Below are positions 10,346 through 21,515 of a stretch of 64,000 nt of DNA, one piece after another. How positions within the stretch are numbered: the first letter of the stretch is position 1; every line of letters starts with the position of its first letter. Under the pieces are notes generated by a model that did not search any database, was not told the DNA's origin, and was given only the letters and a program-made list of their open reading frames with translations. Source of the stretch: Amphiscolops sp. MND2022. Its lineage: Eukaryota. The translations under genes and the position numbers were made by a program. The stretch covers positions 2,854,001-2,918,000 of the forward strand of contig OZ076409.1 of NCBI GenBank assembly GCA_964187785.1, given 5' to 3'.

Positions 10346-12018
10346 GAGTCCGTTTTACGTGGGTTTGATTGGCTCGAAGATGCAGTTTCGGGGTTAGTTG
10401 ACTTTTTAGACAACTTTTCATCGCCGGAGTTTTCATCGGCTTTATCTTCGGGTCTTGTCCTTTTGGGACGTAAATGTGCTCCAGCCCCTTTCCAGCATCT
10501 TTCAACAGGGTGATTTTTCTTTCCGCAAGTAGGACATTCTGGGTATGTAGGACGTTGGGGCTTTTTGCCATTTTTGTCCTCCAGTTCTTTCTTCTTTTTC
10601 AATTTGGGACAGCTCTTATAAAAGTGGCCTGTGGCTTTACAATAAGAGCATTGTGCGTCCTTATTAGTATTTATGCCATTAGAGAGCAGATTGTTGTTAC
10701 TGGTGGACGCAGAGGCCATTGTGGCGATTGGCAAATCGTCTGACTCTTCTAATGCGTTGAGTTCAAGCTCTCTTTCAAGATGAGCGACGATTTCCTCATA
10801 TGTCCCGTTCTCCAGGCGGGCCATATTGACAGATCGTTTTAATTTTGGAGGCAGTTTTGCATACAATAAGCTGTCAATCATGCTTTTTGCATTCTCACCG
10901 AAAGCTTTTTCTGCCCCCTGGTTCAGTTCTTCTAAGAAATCCGGCAATTTCATGGTATTCGGATCGAAAGTCAGCCGATGCCATTTGTGTTTTGCCGTTG
11001 CTTGGGATTCCGGTTTAACATATTTTCGCCGGAATATGATTAGCACATCCTCGAGTGTTTGACGGTTTATTGAGTTTATGTTTCTGAAAGTCTGCAGGGC
11101 CCCTTTTCTGAGCAATGAGTGAAAATGGTTTATTTTCATTTGCTCTGTCATGGCCGGTTGCATTTTGATCATTGTGTGGAACAAATCTTCAAAGAGTTCG
11201 AATTTCTCACTCTTTCCGTCAAACGTCATAGGCGTTGTTTGAACAGGCCGGATAGTCATCGTTTGTGGTTTGTTTTGCAAATTAACTAGTACATCAGCTA
11301 ATCTATTGAGCGGGTCTTGAGGTGGCTCTGTGACCTCTGGTTCTGGCGCTGGCAGAGTGGTGTCCAAAGAGACATTGTGGTTAGATTGCTGTCTCTCTAG
11401 GTTCGGGATTGAGTGGATTCGTCCAGTGAGAAATTCAGGTATAGGTTGCTGGGCTTCGTTAGCTCCTGTCACCATGTAAGAGCCACGTCCCGTGGTGTCT
11501 CTCAGATCACCTACGGACCGTGAGTCCTTTTTCAATATCTTAGTTCTTAAGCCAGATGAGTCATTCCTATCCTCCTGACTACTAGGGGACGTACTGGCCT
11601 CAGTGTCCCTGTTCCCTGAAGACGACATTGAACTCACAATGTTTTGTATTTCTGGTAACACCTTCTCTGTTATTGCGGTACTGACTGCTCTATTTATTTG
11701 GCTATGTACCATGGCCATCATAGAATCCATTTCTTGAGACAACCTAAGATTAAATTCATTTGAAAAGGTTTCAAAGGATTGTCTTATGTCATATCGACCA
11801 TGAGGCTCATTTCCTTGAATGAAATCTCCAAGATCGTTTCTTGAGTGACTACCAATTCCTATATCACCATGAATGGAAGATTGGTCTATTACATCTGCTA
11901 ACTCTCTTTCCAAAGGATTTTCACTCCCTATCATCACGTCTAAATTATCCATATCGGACAACATGTCCATCTCTTTGGATTTTCTAGCTTTCGCTTTCTG
12001 TCTTCTTGTGGAAGGCAT
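10336..12018 (-). CDS. gag: Element A gag (560 aa); first 181 codons lie inside the 5' LTR
   Basis: Capsid-like FDGKSEKFELFEDLF...LLRKGAL; knuckles CSYCKATGHFYKSC and CPTCGKKNHPVERC; homologous to element C gag. Confidence 0.93.
   Translation of the reverse strand: MPSTRRQKAKARKSKEMDMLSDMDNLDVMIGSENPLERELADVIDQSSIHGDIGIGSHSRNDLGDFIQGNEPHGRYDIRQSFETFSNEFNLRLSQEMDSMMAMVHSQINRAVSTAITEKVLPEIQNIVSSMSSSGNRDTEASTSPSSQEDRNDSSGLRTKILKKDSRSVGDLRDTTGRGSYMVTGANEAQQPIPEFLTGRIHSIPNLERQQSNHNVSLDTTLPAPEPEVTEPPQDPLNRLADVLVNLQNKPQTMTIRPVQTTPMTFDGKSEKFELFEDLFHTMIKMQPAMTEQMKINHFHSLLRKGALQTFRNINSINRQTLEDVLIIFRRKYVKPESQATAKHKWHRLTFDPNTMKLPDFLEELNQGAEKAFGENAKSMIDSLLYAKLPPKLKRSVNMARLENGTYEEIVAHLERELELNALEESDDLPIATMASASTSNNNLLSNGINTNKDAQCSYCKATGHFYKSCPKLKKKKELEDKNGKKPQRPTYPECPTCGKKNHPVERCWKGAGAHLRPKRTRPEDKADENSGDEKLSKKSTNPETASSSQSNPRKTDSKN
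10339..10345 (-). promoter_or_regulatory. -1 ribosomal frameshift heptamer A_AAA_AAC (element A)
   Basis: TCA AAA AAC TAA ends gag; the -1 frame is continuous with pol. Confidence 0.88.
11461..11474 (-). promoter_or_regulatory. Primer-binding site of element A (TGGTGACAGGAGCT, tRNA-Leu-like)
   Basis: Follows ...TTACA directly. The first 12 nt match those after the duplicated LTR of element C. Resembles tRNA-Leu PBS TGGTGTCAGGAGT. Confidence 0.8.
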
Positions 12019-13108
12019 AAGAGTTTATTGCAAGAGGTAAGAATTTAAATTAAGTTCTCAGGCTTGCAAACAGAGTATGTTGAAACGATTTTAACAAATT
12101 TGAGTATTACGGTATCAAGGAAATTGAAAAAGTCCTTGGGACCTAGGGTCCACGGTATATATACTCAGGTTTACATGACTTGCAAAATAATGAGGGTCAC
12201 GTTCTAAAAATAGCCTTCACAACTATCTAAAAATAGCACCTACTATTTATAGCCATGAAGGCGGCATGACGAAAGGGTCACTTCAAAAGGGGTGATTTTA
12301 TTCAAGCGCCTTCAACAATTCCATATATAGAAGGATTGTAGGTCCAAGCATCCCTCAAGGCCTTTCGTATGTAAGGTTAAGCAACATTTCATGCAATTGC
12401 ATTTGATCAACTATAATTTACATGTACCAACTCATTAATCTAAGTATTCATGTAAATTATTAATATCTAGCATCAAATGGTACAAATGGTTCAGTAATCT
12501 TCATCAAAACGAGTATTTATTAGAAACACCAATCATAGCCTTTATTTACCACTGTAAATTGCACTTTACTTCAATTTGGACTCAGTGTCCATTTACCGTA
12601 AATAGGCAGCAAATTACTGCTAGCTGACGGCGCGTGGCCTTTGAGTCCTTTAATTTAGAGTACTGCGCACAGTGAATGAAATGAATGGCGTGTTCTGATT
12701 GGCTAAGAATTTGAACGGACTGCGTGTCCAGCGAGACAGGAAAGGAAACATTTGAACTCGTTTCCTTTGCCTGTACGCCTTGGTGTCCAATTTCTTAGCT
12801 AATACATTTAAACATACATTATTTACATGCATCAATATATCAAAATCAACTTCAAAGTTTTCAAATAACCAAATGGTATTTCCGATTACTAATTTGCACA
12901 AGATTATATATATAAGGCTGTCAAAACTGAAAACAGAATAACAGACATGCCATAAAATATTACAAATTCAGTTTGAAGTTTTTGTCCCGTCATGACAATG
13001 GGACGCATGGTCCTTTCTTCTAATTTATTGTTAGAGTACCTGGGAGGGCGCGAAAACAGCTGTAATTGATGGTGTAAAAGTTCCCATCGCAGGCGGGAGC
13101 CTGCGACA
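11475..13108 (-). repeat. 5' LTR of element A (~1.63 kb; TGTCGCAG...CTTACA)
   Basis: Inner end fixed by the PBS. Outer end inferred from similarity to the element C LTR start (TGTCACAGCCCGCTCCCG). TATA-like TATAAATAG at 12243-12251 and AATAAA at 12024-12029 (minus). TSD cannot be checked. Confidence 0.7.
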
Positions 13109-14394
13109 ATTGTCAACACTGCAAGAACTTTTTACTTGACTATATAGGTTGTCTGACACTTTTCCTAAGATTTTGAAGATTTTGGGAGATTGTTTGATTT
13201 GTTTTCAGCTTGAAACTTCCGCCGTTGAGCTGATATTTATTCAGATTTTACCAAGGGCTATGCAAAATTGGCGGGTTTCATGAGCTGCATAGACAACCTA
13301 GAGGACGAAAACCCGCAAAAGTTTTATCCTTTTTGCGTGTAAAGTGAACGTTTTGTATGAATATACGTCACTTTTGACGAAAACAAACTCATATTCACTG
13401 AAGCAAAAAAAAATTGCAAAATGAAGAAACATCTATAGCCCGATTCTTCCTCTTTTTCCGTGAAATCCTGGGTTGAAAAGGTTTGAGAAGTTTGTCACGA
13501 TTTGGTGAAAGCTGAGCAAACCACTAGGTTTTATAGTCTTTTGACCGAAAATTCATCGGGACTAAATTAGAGCGTAAAACCGAAAATCATCAAAACATCA
13601 GACTTTCATTGAGCAATTCAACAGGTTTGAGTTTGATTTTTAGATACCGTATCGTACCAGAAAAGCTGCTAAAATGAACTGTTGATGTTGTTATTAGCGA
13701 ACCAAATAGATCTCCAGCGGAACTAATTGACGAAAAAATTCAATCATTTTCCTGTTCGATATTGGAGGTAACATCAAATTTTTGAATAATTTCGACCTCA
13801 AACAATTCATAGCTCCCTAACGGAAGTCTGATGATCTCAAAAACCCTTAAATTTTTGTTAACAGTTTCTCAAACTTATTCTGTCTTCATAATACGCAATC
13901 CTCACCACGCGCCTCACGTTACGCACGTTAGCGCCTCCGTGGTAAATTAGTATCTTGAGAAAAAAACTAAAAATGGGATTAGAATTCCTTAGTCGATACT
14001 TCTGAAAATTTCGCATGTGCAGGCCTGCATGTTAGGTAAATTTTTCATGAAATCTTGAAAATTCGGTAGGACTTGTATGGTAAACTTTGTACGATAGCAC
14101 TACAGTTCTCACTATTGCTGCAAATAATCCCGAAATTATTTTGCGATCAAATTTTATTCACAATTTGATTTCTCAACTACTCATCTGATGTAAACGCGAA
14201 TTAGATTCTCAAATTGCACGCTGATGGGGCTAAATTCTTGTAGTAACGTGGTTACCCTGGTTGGAACTGCTTGAATTTTTCACAAGTTTTTGTAGTTTAC
14301 CAAGCAAATTTTGATAATTTTTAAAAATTCTCGAAGAAACGTCCTTGCCATAAAACTTCACTGGTTCACTTTAATTCTGTCAAGCTGCCTATAA

Positions 14395-16466
14395 TGTGGA
14401 ATTTTTAGTTATTGGCGTCTACGAAAACCCATTGTTTTTGCGCGAAGCACGTACCATCAACAGAACTAGGTTAATTACGTTTTTAAACCGTCGTAATAGT
14501 GAAAACAGCTGAACAGGCTGACAATAGCATGCTTCGATATGGCTTATTTGGCAAACCAGGTATTTACTTAGTAAACGAAACTTCTTAGGCAAAATTACCG
14601 AGCTAGTGAGTGACGTCAGCGAATAAATTGTTCGAATCGGCTAAGTCAGAGTTGAAACTCTGAGAGCAAATTTTACTAAGTCCCACTTTCGACCGAAAAT
14701 AATCTAAGATACGCTAGGAAAAACCAATCATCAAATTTCTGCAACCCCCCCAAACGGTTTTTCTCAAAGACTATTTATCGTAGAGACTTGAAATTTGGCA
14801 CAAGTATACCTGAGCTGTCATGCTACTGATCTATAAAAATGGAACTGAGCCGAGACCCCCCAGTCCCGGGCTACTAGCACTGGAAGTGACCTAGGTCGAC
14901 CCACCCCACGAACTCGTCGGCGAGGCACGAATTAAGTCATATTATATATGGAATTGATAGCCCATAGGATATTAGGCCGTTTGCGTACATTTTTGGAACC
15001 CTACGACGCGCGTAGGAGGAGTATGGACCCTATGTATATAAGCCCCGAAAATTATGTAAATAGCCACCGGATGACCCGAAGATTATGAAACTTACCCAAG
15101 TTGTTCACATAGTAACCCTAGGTAAAACACATGAAAGATACATTAATCGGTCCACCACGCGCGGAGTAATGTTTGTTTAAGGCACGCGGGACCGGACCCG
15201 CGAGCCCGACCGATAAAAGACATTTGACCTTGGCTTGTAATACATCAAACGAACCGGAATGATGAATGTAGTCGATTTATTACGTGAATGAACTCGTATT
15301 TATAACCCATGCGGGGGTAGTCGCCTTAAGTAAACAAACTACACGCATATCATGTAGCTTGAAGACCATTGACCCTAGGACGATATAACATGGCATGTAG
15401 CAACCTTAGATGACAACAAATAACTTCAAGGTCACCCAGGGACCTCAAGGTGTAACCCCGGAACGTATGGAAGAACTTGCGATAAAACATGTAAATCAAC
15501 GTCTTTAAGTGATAATTAATGCATTTCAGTCAGGCGAGGGAATTCGCGATGCACCGCGCTCCGATTGATAGAAAAGTACCCCTCAAACGAGGAGAGCATG
15601 TACACTATGTAATTGAAGGTCATTGAGCAATCGTCTCGATATTAGAAACATCTCGGGTGACTTGATATATTATTGATAAGTGAACTTTGGACAACTAATG
15701 TTGAATTATTTGTCGGTGGCGGCAAAGAATGTTTAGCTGAAGTATAATTAGAACCGACTGCCATGCCATAAAAGGAATAGTCAACATGAAGGTAAACTCA
15801 TGCAAATTTAAGACGCCGACGCCCTGTATATAACTAAAATGTCAAGTATGATAGAAAGTAAAGATGAAACCACCCAAATTGCGGGCGATGAACGAATATA
15901 ATTGAGGCGGAATTGCAATATACTTGAATAGACAGAACCGAGTTAGAAAGCTGGAATTAAGTTGAGTCTTGCGGAGACAAGATACTTGTTCGGAATAACA
16001 CTCGCGCTTCTCAACCGAGTAAGAGAGCTAGAAGAAAGTTGAGTCCCGCGGAGACAAGAGACACTTCTAGATTACGTTGTCGCCAGTAGAAGAGATTAAC
16101 TGACAATTCCGGGACTTGTGATTTTGGTTGAAGTTGGAGCTTCAACAAGATTGAAGTGCGCCTAACGCACCTGGCTGAATCGTGGATTCGATTGTTGTTG
16201 TACCCTTTTACTGAGAATTGTAGATAGTACTTGATGAAGATTAGTTAGTTTGACTGATTAAAATTACTTAGTGTTATTGCTTTCGTTAAAGAAGTAATTT
16301 CATTATTCCTTTACTCGAAGTTTTTGTAAGACGCGAGCCGATAGAGCAAATCTGGAGAGAGAAATAGACAGTAACTTCAAGAGAATTGGCTAACTCACTG
16401 AAACAACTTTTTTGTCTGTTAGGTTCGGTAAAACGCTCTCCGACCCCCGAATTGGATTTTCTTACA
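14395..16466 (+). repeat. Element B 5' LTR (2072 bp)
   Basis: TGTGGAATTTTTAG...TTACA, repeated at 21516-23112. Confidence 0.93.
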
Positions 16467-16467
16467 G

Positions 16468-16482
16468 TGGCACTCCTGGGTG
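16468..16482 (+). promoter_or_regulatory. Element B PBS (TGGCACTCCTGGGTG, loosely tRNA-Asn-like)
   Basis: TGG one nt after the LTR end; tRNA identity tentative. Confidence 0.65.
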
Positions 16483-16568
16483 TGCTACCCATTCTTTTTG
16501 ATGTTACCGTAGACGTTTGTAGACTCTGTTGAAAAGATCAGTGGATTTTACAGAGTTATTTTCGTGAG

Positions 16569-17291
16569 ATGGATACTGAGGAGAGAGGTCTGGGGAGAGA
16601 CCAAGTGGACGTTGGAGAGTTCCCGAGTAGCAATTCCCCCAGCTGGAGAGGTTGGCTGCTGAAGTTGTGGAGCACGGCCGAGCAGTTAAATTGGAACTAC
16701 CGAACGTGTTGTTAGATGATGTCGGAATCTCTCAGGGGAGCTGTGTTTAATGCATTTTTGGAAGCCAAGCTCTCTGTTGAAGTAGAATTGGACGACCCCG
16801 GTGTGATTGACGTTCTGAGCAGAACATCAGAAATTATTGGCGTTTCTCAGTTCGAACTTATTGAAGAACGTTTTCTTCTGGAGCTTCGACAGGAGAAAGA
16901 AGAAAATATCTCCCACTATGCACGAAGGGTGGGCGCATTCAAGACGCTTGCCCTGGAAACATTCAGTGATGAGCATTGGGCCTCCAATTGTTTGTCAGGC
17001 TTGAACGACGAGTGCCTCCAAGATGTTGTGAACGATCATGCGAAAATTACCCTGATTGTTCGAGAGTTGGAACGCCAAGATTGTTTGGAACACCAGCTTA
17101 ATGGGTTTTGGGCCACAATGCATCGAGTTCGACGTCGTCACACCGAGCTTCGTGCTCAAGAAGAAATAATGCCGACAGACAGTAACTTAAGTGTTGCCCA
17201 AAGTAGAGGAAGTCTTCAGAAACTTACGATCATGTCGAAGGAGAAGCAGACGAGAAACGTTGCTGACGTGAACAGTTACAATGCTGCCTAA
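16569..17291 (+). pseudogene. gag: Decayed gag of element B
   Basis: ATG 16569 is in frame with ORF 16716 across one TAG (16713-16715). WRGWLLKLWSTAEQLNW...SLRGA and LRQEKEENISHYARRV are capsid-like patterns. Confidence 0.6.
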
Positions 17292-18270
17292 TGTTAGAAC
17301 GAAGAAACGAAATCAGAAAACATTGCGCACACAAACGCTGGACGTGCGACGAGGTCAACATCAGCATGGAAAGCGTCATACTGGGGAGGTGAAGACAGCA
17401 ATGACGATTGTGATGATCACGTTGGAGACCACGAAGGTACTGCGCACAGGCAGCCTCGACGAAGCGAATGGTGCAGCTATTCCAGTGATGAAGAGTCGTC
17501 AGATGATGAGAAGGACGATATCTGGAACGAGCTGGATAGTGAAGATGACAGTTATTGTCCGTACCAACCACTGACCTTAGAAGAAGCTCTTAGACAGATC
17601 GAAGAAGGGAAGAAAACGAGGCTCGCTGGTAAAAAGACAGATAACCCTACACTGCATGAATCAAGATGCGGCGGGATGTCAGGCCCAGTACTTGTGAGTG
17701 GATCAATGGAGGCACTGAAAGCTTGAGACCAGCCTGTCAAGTAGGCTCAGGAAAAATCAGGGTTGCATCTGTGTGTTTTGAGGGTCGAATCCAGCTGACT
17801 GCTCAAAAGTTCTTGGTCGTTGAATCGTAGGAAATCATGACCGGAAGCGTCGCAGTGATCTATTGGAAAGAAGCAGTGTCTAGAGAAATGAAAGTAATGG
17901 CCGTCGACAGAGTGGAAGCATACAGAGCAAAGATGACTCCGGAGAGGTGCTCCTCAGTCATGATGCCAATCCAAGAAACTTTAATGCGGAAGAATGAAGC
18001 TGCTGAGCCTTCATTACTATTCAACGTGAGCCCTGGAGAAGCAATTGTTCAACGTGTTTGGGTCGAGTAGGATGTGGAGATGACCGTTCAGATGAATCAC
18101 ATCAATTGGTCAGAACGTGGCTTGGTTGAATGCGCAGTAGTTCGACTGAATCGTGAAGCAGCAGCTGCAGATATTGAACAAATGAGTGCTGAGAGAACTA
18201 CGCGTTCCAGCGAAGGATGTTCTTTCATACTGGGAGTACCAACGGAGCTCTCGCAAAGAACTGATGAAAC

Positions 18271-19503
18271 GTGGGAAGTCGAAAGTGGGTTGAGTGTGTT
18301 TTCAAACCCACAGAAGCGCTAGCTGGTTTCAAACTAGATTATGTGAAGCAAGACAATCAGAACGGGATGCATGTGCAGAAGACAAAAGCAAAAAGGTCGT
18401 CGCACGGAGTTCAGACCTTTGTTGTTGACGATGAACTGCAATGGGACCCTCGACACAGTACTCGAGTTGAGGGGGCAGCGTCGCAGTGGGTGCCATACAG
18501 CAACGCCGATATCCAACTGATAGAAGGAAGCGGTGCTAGACTCAAGAGACAAGTTTGGACTTCAGTTCTGTGGCTCATGACAGCCTTGTGGGTGCAGGTA
18601 AACGTTATGTCTGATCGTGGAACGTCCTGGCCTTGGAACGTTTTACCCAGAAGTTCCAAGGGATTGTATCATGCGCTTCGGCGTCGGTCTGTTAATTGGG
18701 AACAAGCTGTGTCGCTGAGGGATGAGGAAGACTGGATGCAGCACAGGCATTGTCTTTCCTCCCGAGGCTGCTGCGAAGCTACGAATTGGAGAGACGGTAA
18801 GGCAACCTACACCTTCGAACAGAGTGATCGAAGTTGGATTCGACACAAAGGAAATCCTGGGGTTGAGCAGATGCTAATGTATACTGAATGTCAAAACGCG
18901 AAAACGAGTGTTCTCATTGTCAATATGGAGAACAGCCACTCAGAAATGATTGAGAAGTTGAACGAAGTCTCCCGAGACACTCAATGTGGACAAATTCTAG
19001 AAGGGCAGCCTCACAGTTCGCCCTCACGAACCACATTCACAAAATTATCGAGGATTTGTCCGAAGTATCCACGCCATGAGGCAAAGATGACATCGGTGCG
19101 TGAGCTCCGAGAGACAAGATGTAAATCACTACAAGAACGAGCGAGAGAAAGTCAGCTTAATGCGTTGAACACAACTGGTGACCATTGGCATCCATCAAAG
19201 AGTCCCACGATTGGTGACGAGCACAGGACTGCGAGGGAAGTCTACGACAGAGGAAAAATGAAACTCGACGGTGGCGACACAGGCCAAGTGATGCGCAAGG
19301 CGATGTTAACTCCAGAAGGGAAGTGGCTCACCTACCCGCGAGCTCCATGCGACTACCAGAAGAGGCCTGTTTCAAGACGTGTCTGTGACAGTGGTCATTG
19401 CGAGGCTGGTGCGGAACAAAAACGAAATATGGCTGTGCCAAGGGCTGATTGTTGCAGCTGGACCGGTCACAGGAAGCACGGAAGGTGGAAAGCGGAGGAT
19501 TAA
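18271..19503 (+). pseudogene. 410-codon ORF, possibly a heavily eroded pol remnant
   Basis: Position after gag; faint integrase C-terminal patterns (EVYDRG...GDTGQV...SWTGH); no catalytic motifs. Confidence 0.3.
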
Positions 19504-20187
19504 GCAGCAAAAAACTCGATGAAAAGATGACCTATCGGGGGACGACAACGTGTTAAGATGCCTACCCATACGACTGTGAGGAGTCAAATGAAAACTGACG
19601 ACAAACGATTAGTCATTAATTACAAACCTCAACTTATTTTTTTTGCTGAAATTAGTTTTCTTTTCGTGGATCCATTTGAGGAAGCTAGCTGATTTTCTGC
19701 ATGGCTTAGCATTTCAGTTTTTTGAGTAACGATGTTACAGTATTGAAGATATATAGTTTTTCTTTGTTTTGTTTGCTGCCCAGAAATAGGTAGAAAATAC
19801 ATGCAGAAGTTCGAGAATGGTCTTCGTCTTTATTCTTTTCGAGGACCCAGCCCATCAGATCATTTTTGTTTATACATGTTGAAATTATGCTGTTAAAAAA
19901 GGTTTATCCTAAACCGCCGACCCTAACCTTTTTTCTACTGTTGTGCCCATGAACAAACCCACCAATCGCAACCCTTACCCTAGTGCTACTCTCCTTGCTT
20001 TTGCTAGGCGCGATAAAAAAGCCCAACCAATCCAAAGTTATACTCGAACACGTAAATTAGGACCGGTAGGACTGCTCCTTGAGCATTACCAAAAAAGAAA
20101 GATGCAGTGAAATTTTTTAGTAGGTTAATAGGGATGAAGCGATGAATGATGACAAAAGGGAAGAAAGTAATAATATTTGTAACATTT

Positions 20188-20484
20188 TTATGATAAAAAG
20201 TCTGGCGCCGTCGTCTTTTTAAATACTCGTTGTAGCTCGCGTCGGGCCAGCCGCATCCGGTAGGTCTGGCCCTCGACCCTCTCCCCCGGAATAGACAGGC
20301 TCAATAGAAACAGAGTGAACTCCACCCAGCCCGGTGATAAAGATTCCAATGAGAGCTGCTCGTCATTCTCCAGTTTAAGATGTATGTCATGCCCGCTGTC
20401 GATAGACATACACAGGGTGCTAAACAACCTGCGATAGTAGGTGGAGGACCATGACAGTCTAATATCGGTGTTTTCCCAAGACAT
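20188..20484 (-). CDS. Small antisense ORF (98 aa) in element B, unknown function
   Basis: ATG-initiated, GC-richer than flanks, divergent from ORF 20838. Confidence 0.4.
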   Translation of the reverse strand: MSWENTDIRLSWSSTYYRRLFSTLCMSIDSGHDIHLKLENDEQLSLESLSPGWVEFTLFLLSLSIPGERVEGQTYRMRLARRELQRVFKKTTAPDFLS

Positions 20485-20837
20485 GTCTCCAGGAATTATT
20501 ATTTTTTGGCAGCGCCTCGCGTGAAACTAGTCACGTAGTTATAGAATAGAAAAGGAGAAGTTTTATCACGCTCAGGATTCGGCTAGTGCTAGTTGACAAC
20601 TCGGCCAAGTGATTATTAGATTCGTAAGCTTTGACGAAAACTCAAAATTAGATTGTTCAGCAAACAAAATCGTTATTGGCAATAAGCGCAAGCCTCGGAA
20701 CTTTGTCAAGAGATCTTGGCAAAGCAGAAACAATTATTTGCTCAGTAAAAAGCTCTCTAAATCAACTTTTGGATAACGAAGCCTTGATCATAAAAAATCA
20801 TTATCCGTCATTCGATACTCAATATCCGATTGCATAG

Positions 20838-21140
20838 ATGCCGTTTAGAAAACTAAGTTTCGTTTGGCCCCTCCCGATATATGCCACACCAGTTAGACTG
20901 GACTATATTAGATGTTTCTATGATGGTGAACCTATCAGTGCAACCGTTTATCGCCGGGACGTTATCCGGTTGGAAGAAATTACAATAGCCCCCTGGACAT
21001 GGCTCTGGAACGAGCTGTATGCCTTTCTGGGAAAATGGGCGAGGAACGAAACTCAGCGAGAAAGCCAGGAGTACGAGAGCGTATTAAACTTGGTTCATTA
21101 CATGGAGGGATTCCTGCGACCACTTCTGAGGGGCAGCTGA
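20838..21140 (+). CDS. Small sense ORF (100 aa) before element B 3' LTR, unknown function
   Basis: ATG-initiated, globular-looking composition, GC-richer than flanks. Confidence 0.4.
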   Translation: MPFRKLSFVWPLPIYATPVRLDYIRCFYDGEPISATVYRRDVIRLEEITIAPWTWLWNELYAFLGKWARNETQRESQEYESVLNLVHYMEGFLRPLLRGS

Positions 21141-21503
21141 AGATAAATAGGCTCGAAACAGTTAAGGAAGTTTTGAAAATAATTGAATTGGAAAGAAATG
21201 GATTTTTGGATCTTGACTTTCATTTTTCATCGGCAATTTTTGGTCTATAGACAAGCGTCCTATTGTCCCATACCGAGCTAAGGCGCTATTACTTTAATGA
21301 TTTGATCTCTCATTTATCATTGTTTGGAAATTTTTTTACTTGTTTCTTATTAGTGTATACCTCTAAGGATTGGTGCTATCAACCGCTTTTCAAAATCATT
21401 TTTACCAAAGCTGAACCCCTCATCATAACGTGTATGTTTCACCCAGATCCCACGAATCAGCCAATGAAAACCATGTTAAGTTTATTCGGGAGAATAAACA
21501 CCC

Positions 21504-21515
21504 AGAAGGAAAGAG
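21504..21515 (+). promoter_or_regulatory. Polypurine tract of element B
   Basis: AGAAGGAAAGAG abutting the 3' LTR TG. Confidence 0.85.

Larger units (their letters stand above)
1..13108 (-). mobile_element. Element A: Ty3/Gypsy LTR retrotransposon, apparently intact; 3' LTR lies left of the window
   Basis: On minus: LTR, PBS, gag with 2 CCHC knuckles, -1 slippery site, pol in PR-RT-RH-IN order, then an antisense spliced gene. No second copy of the LTR in the window. Confidence 0.93.

Noticed and set aside
5256..10743. Many short ORFs opposite gag/pol (likewise 29143-35083 and 59691-63672)
   Set aside because: Shadow frames of long coding sequence with no motifs of their own.
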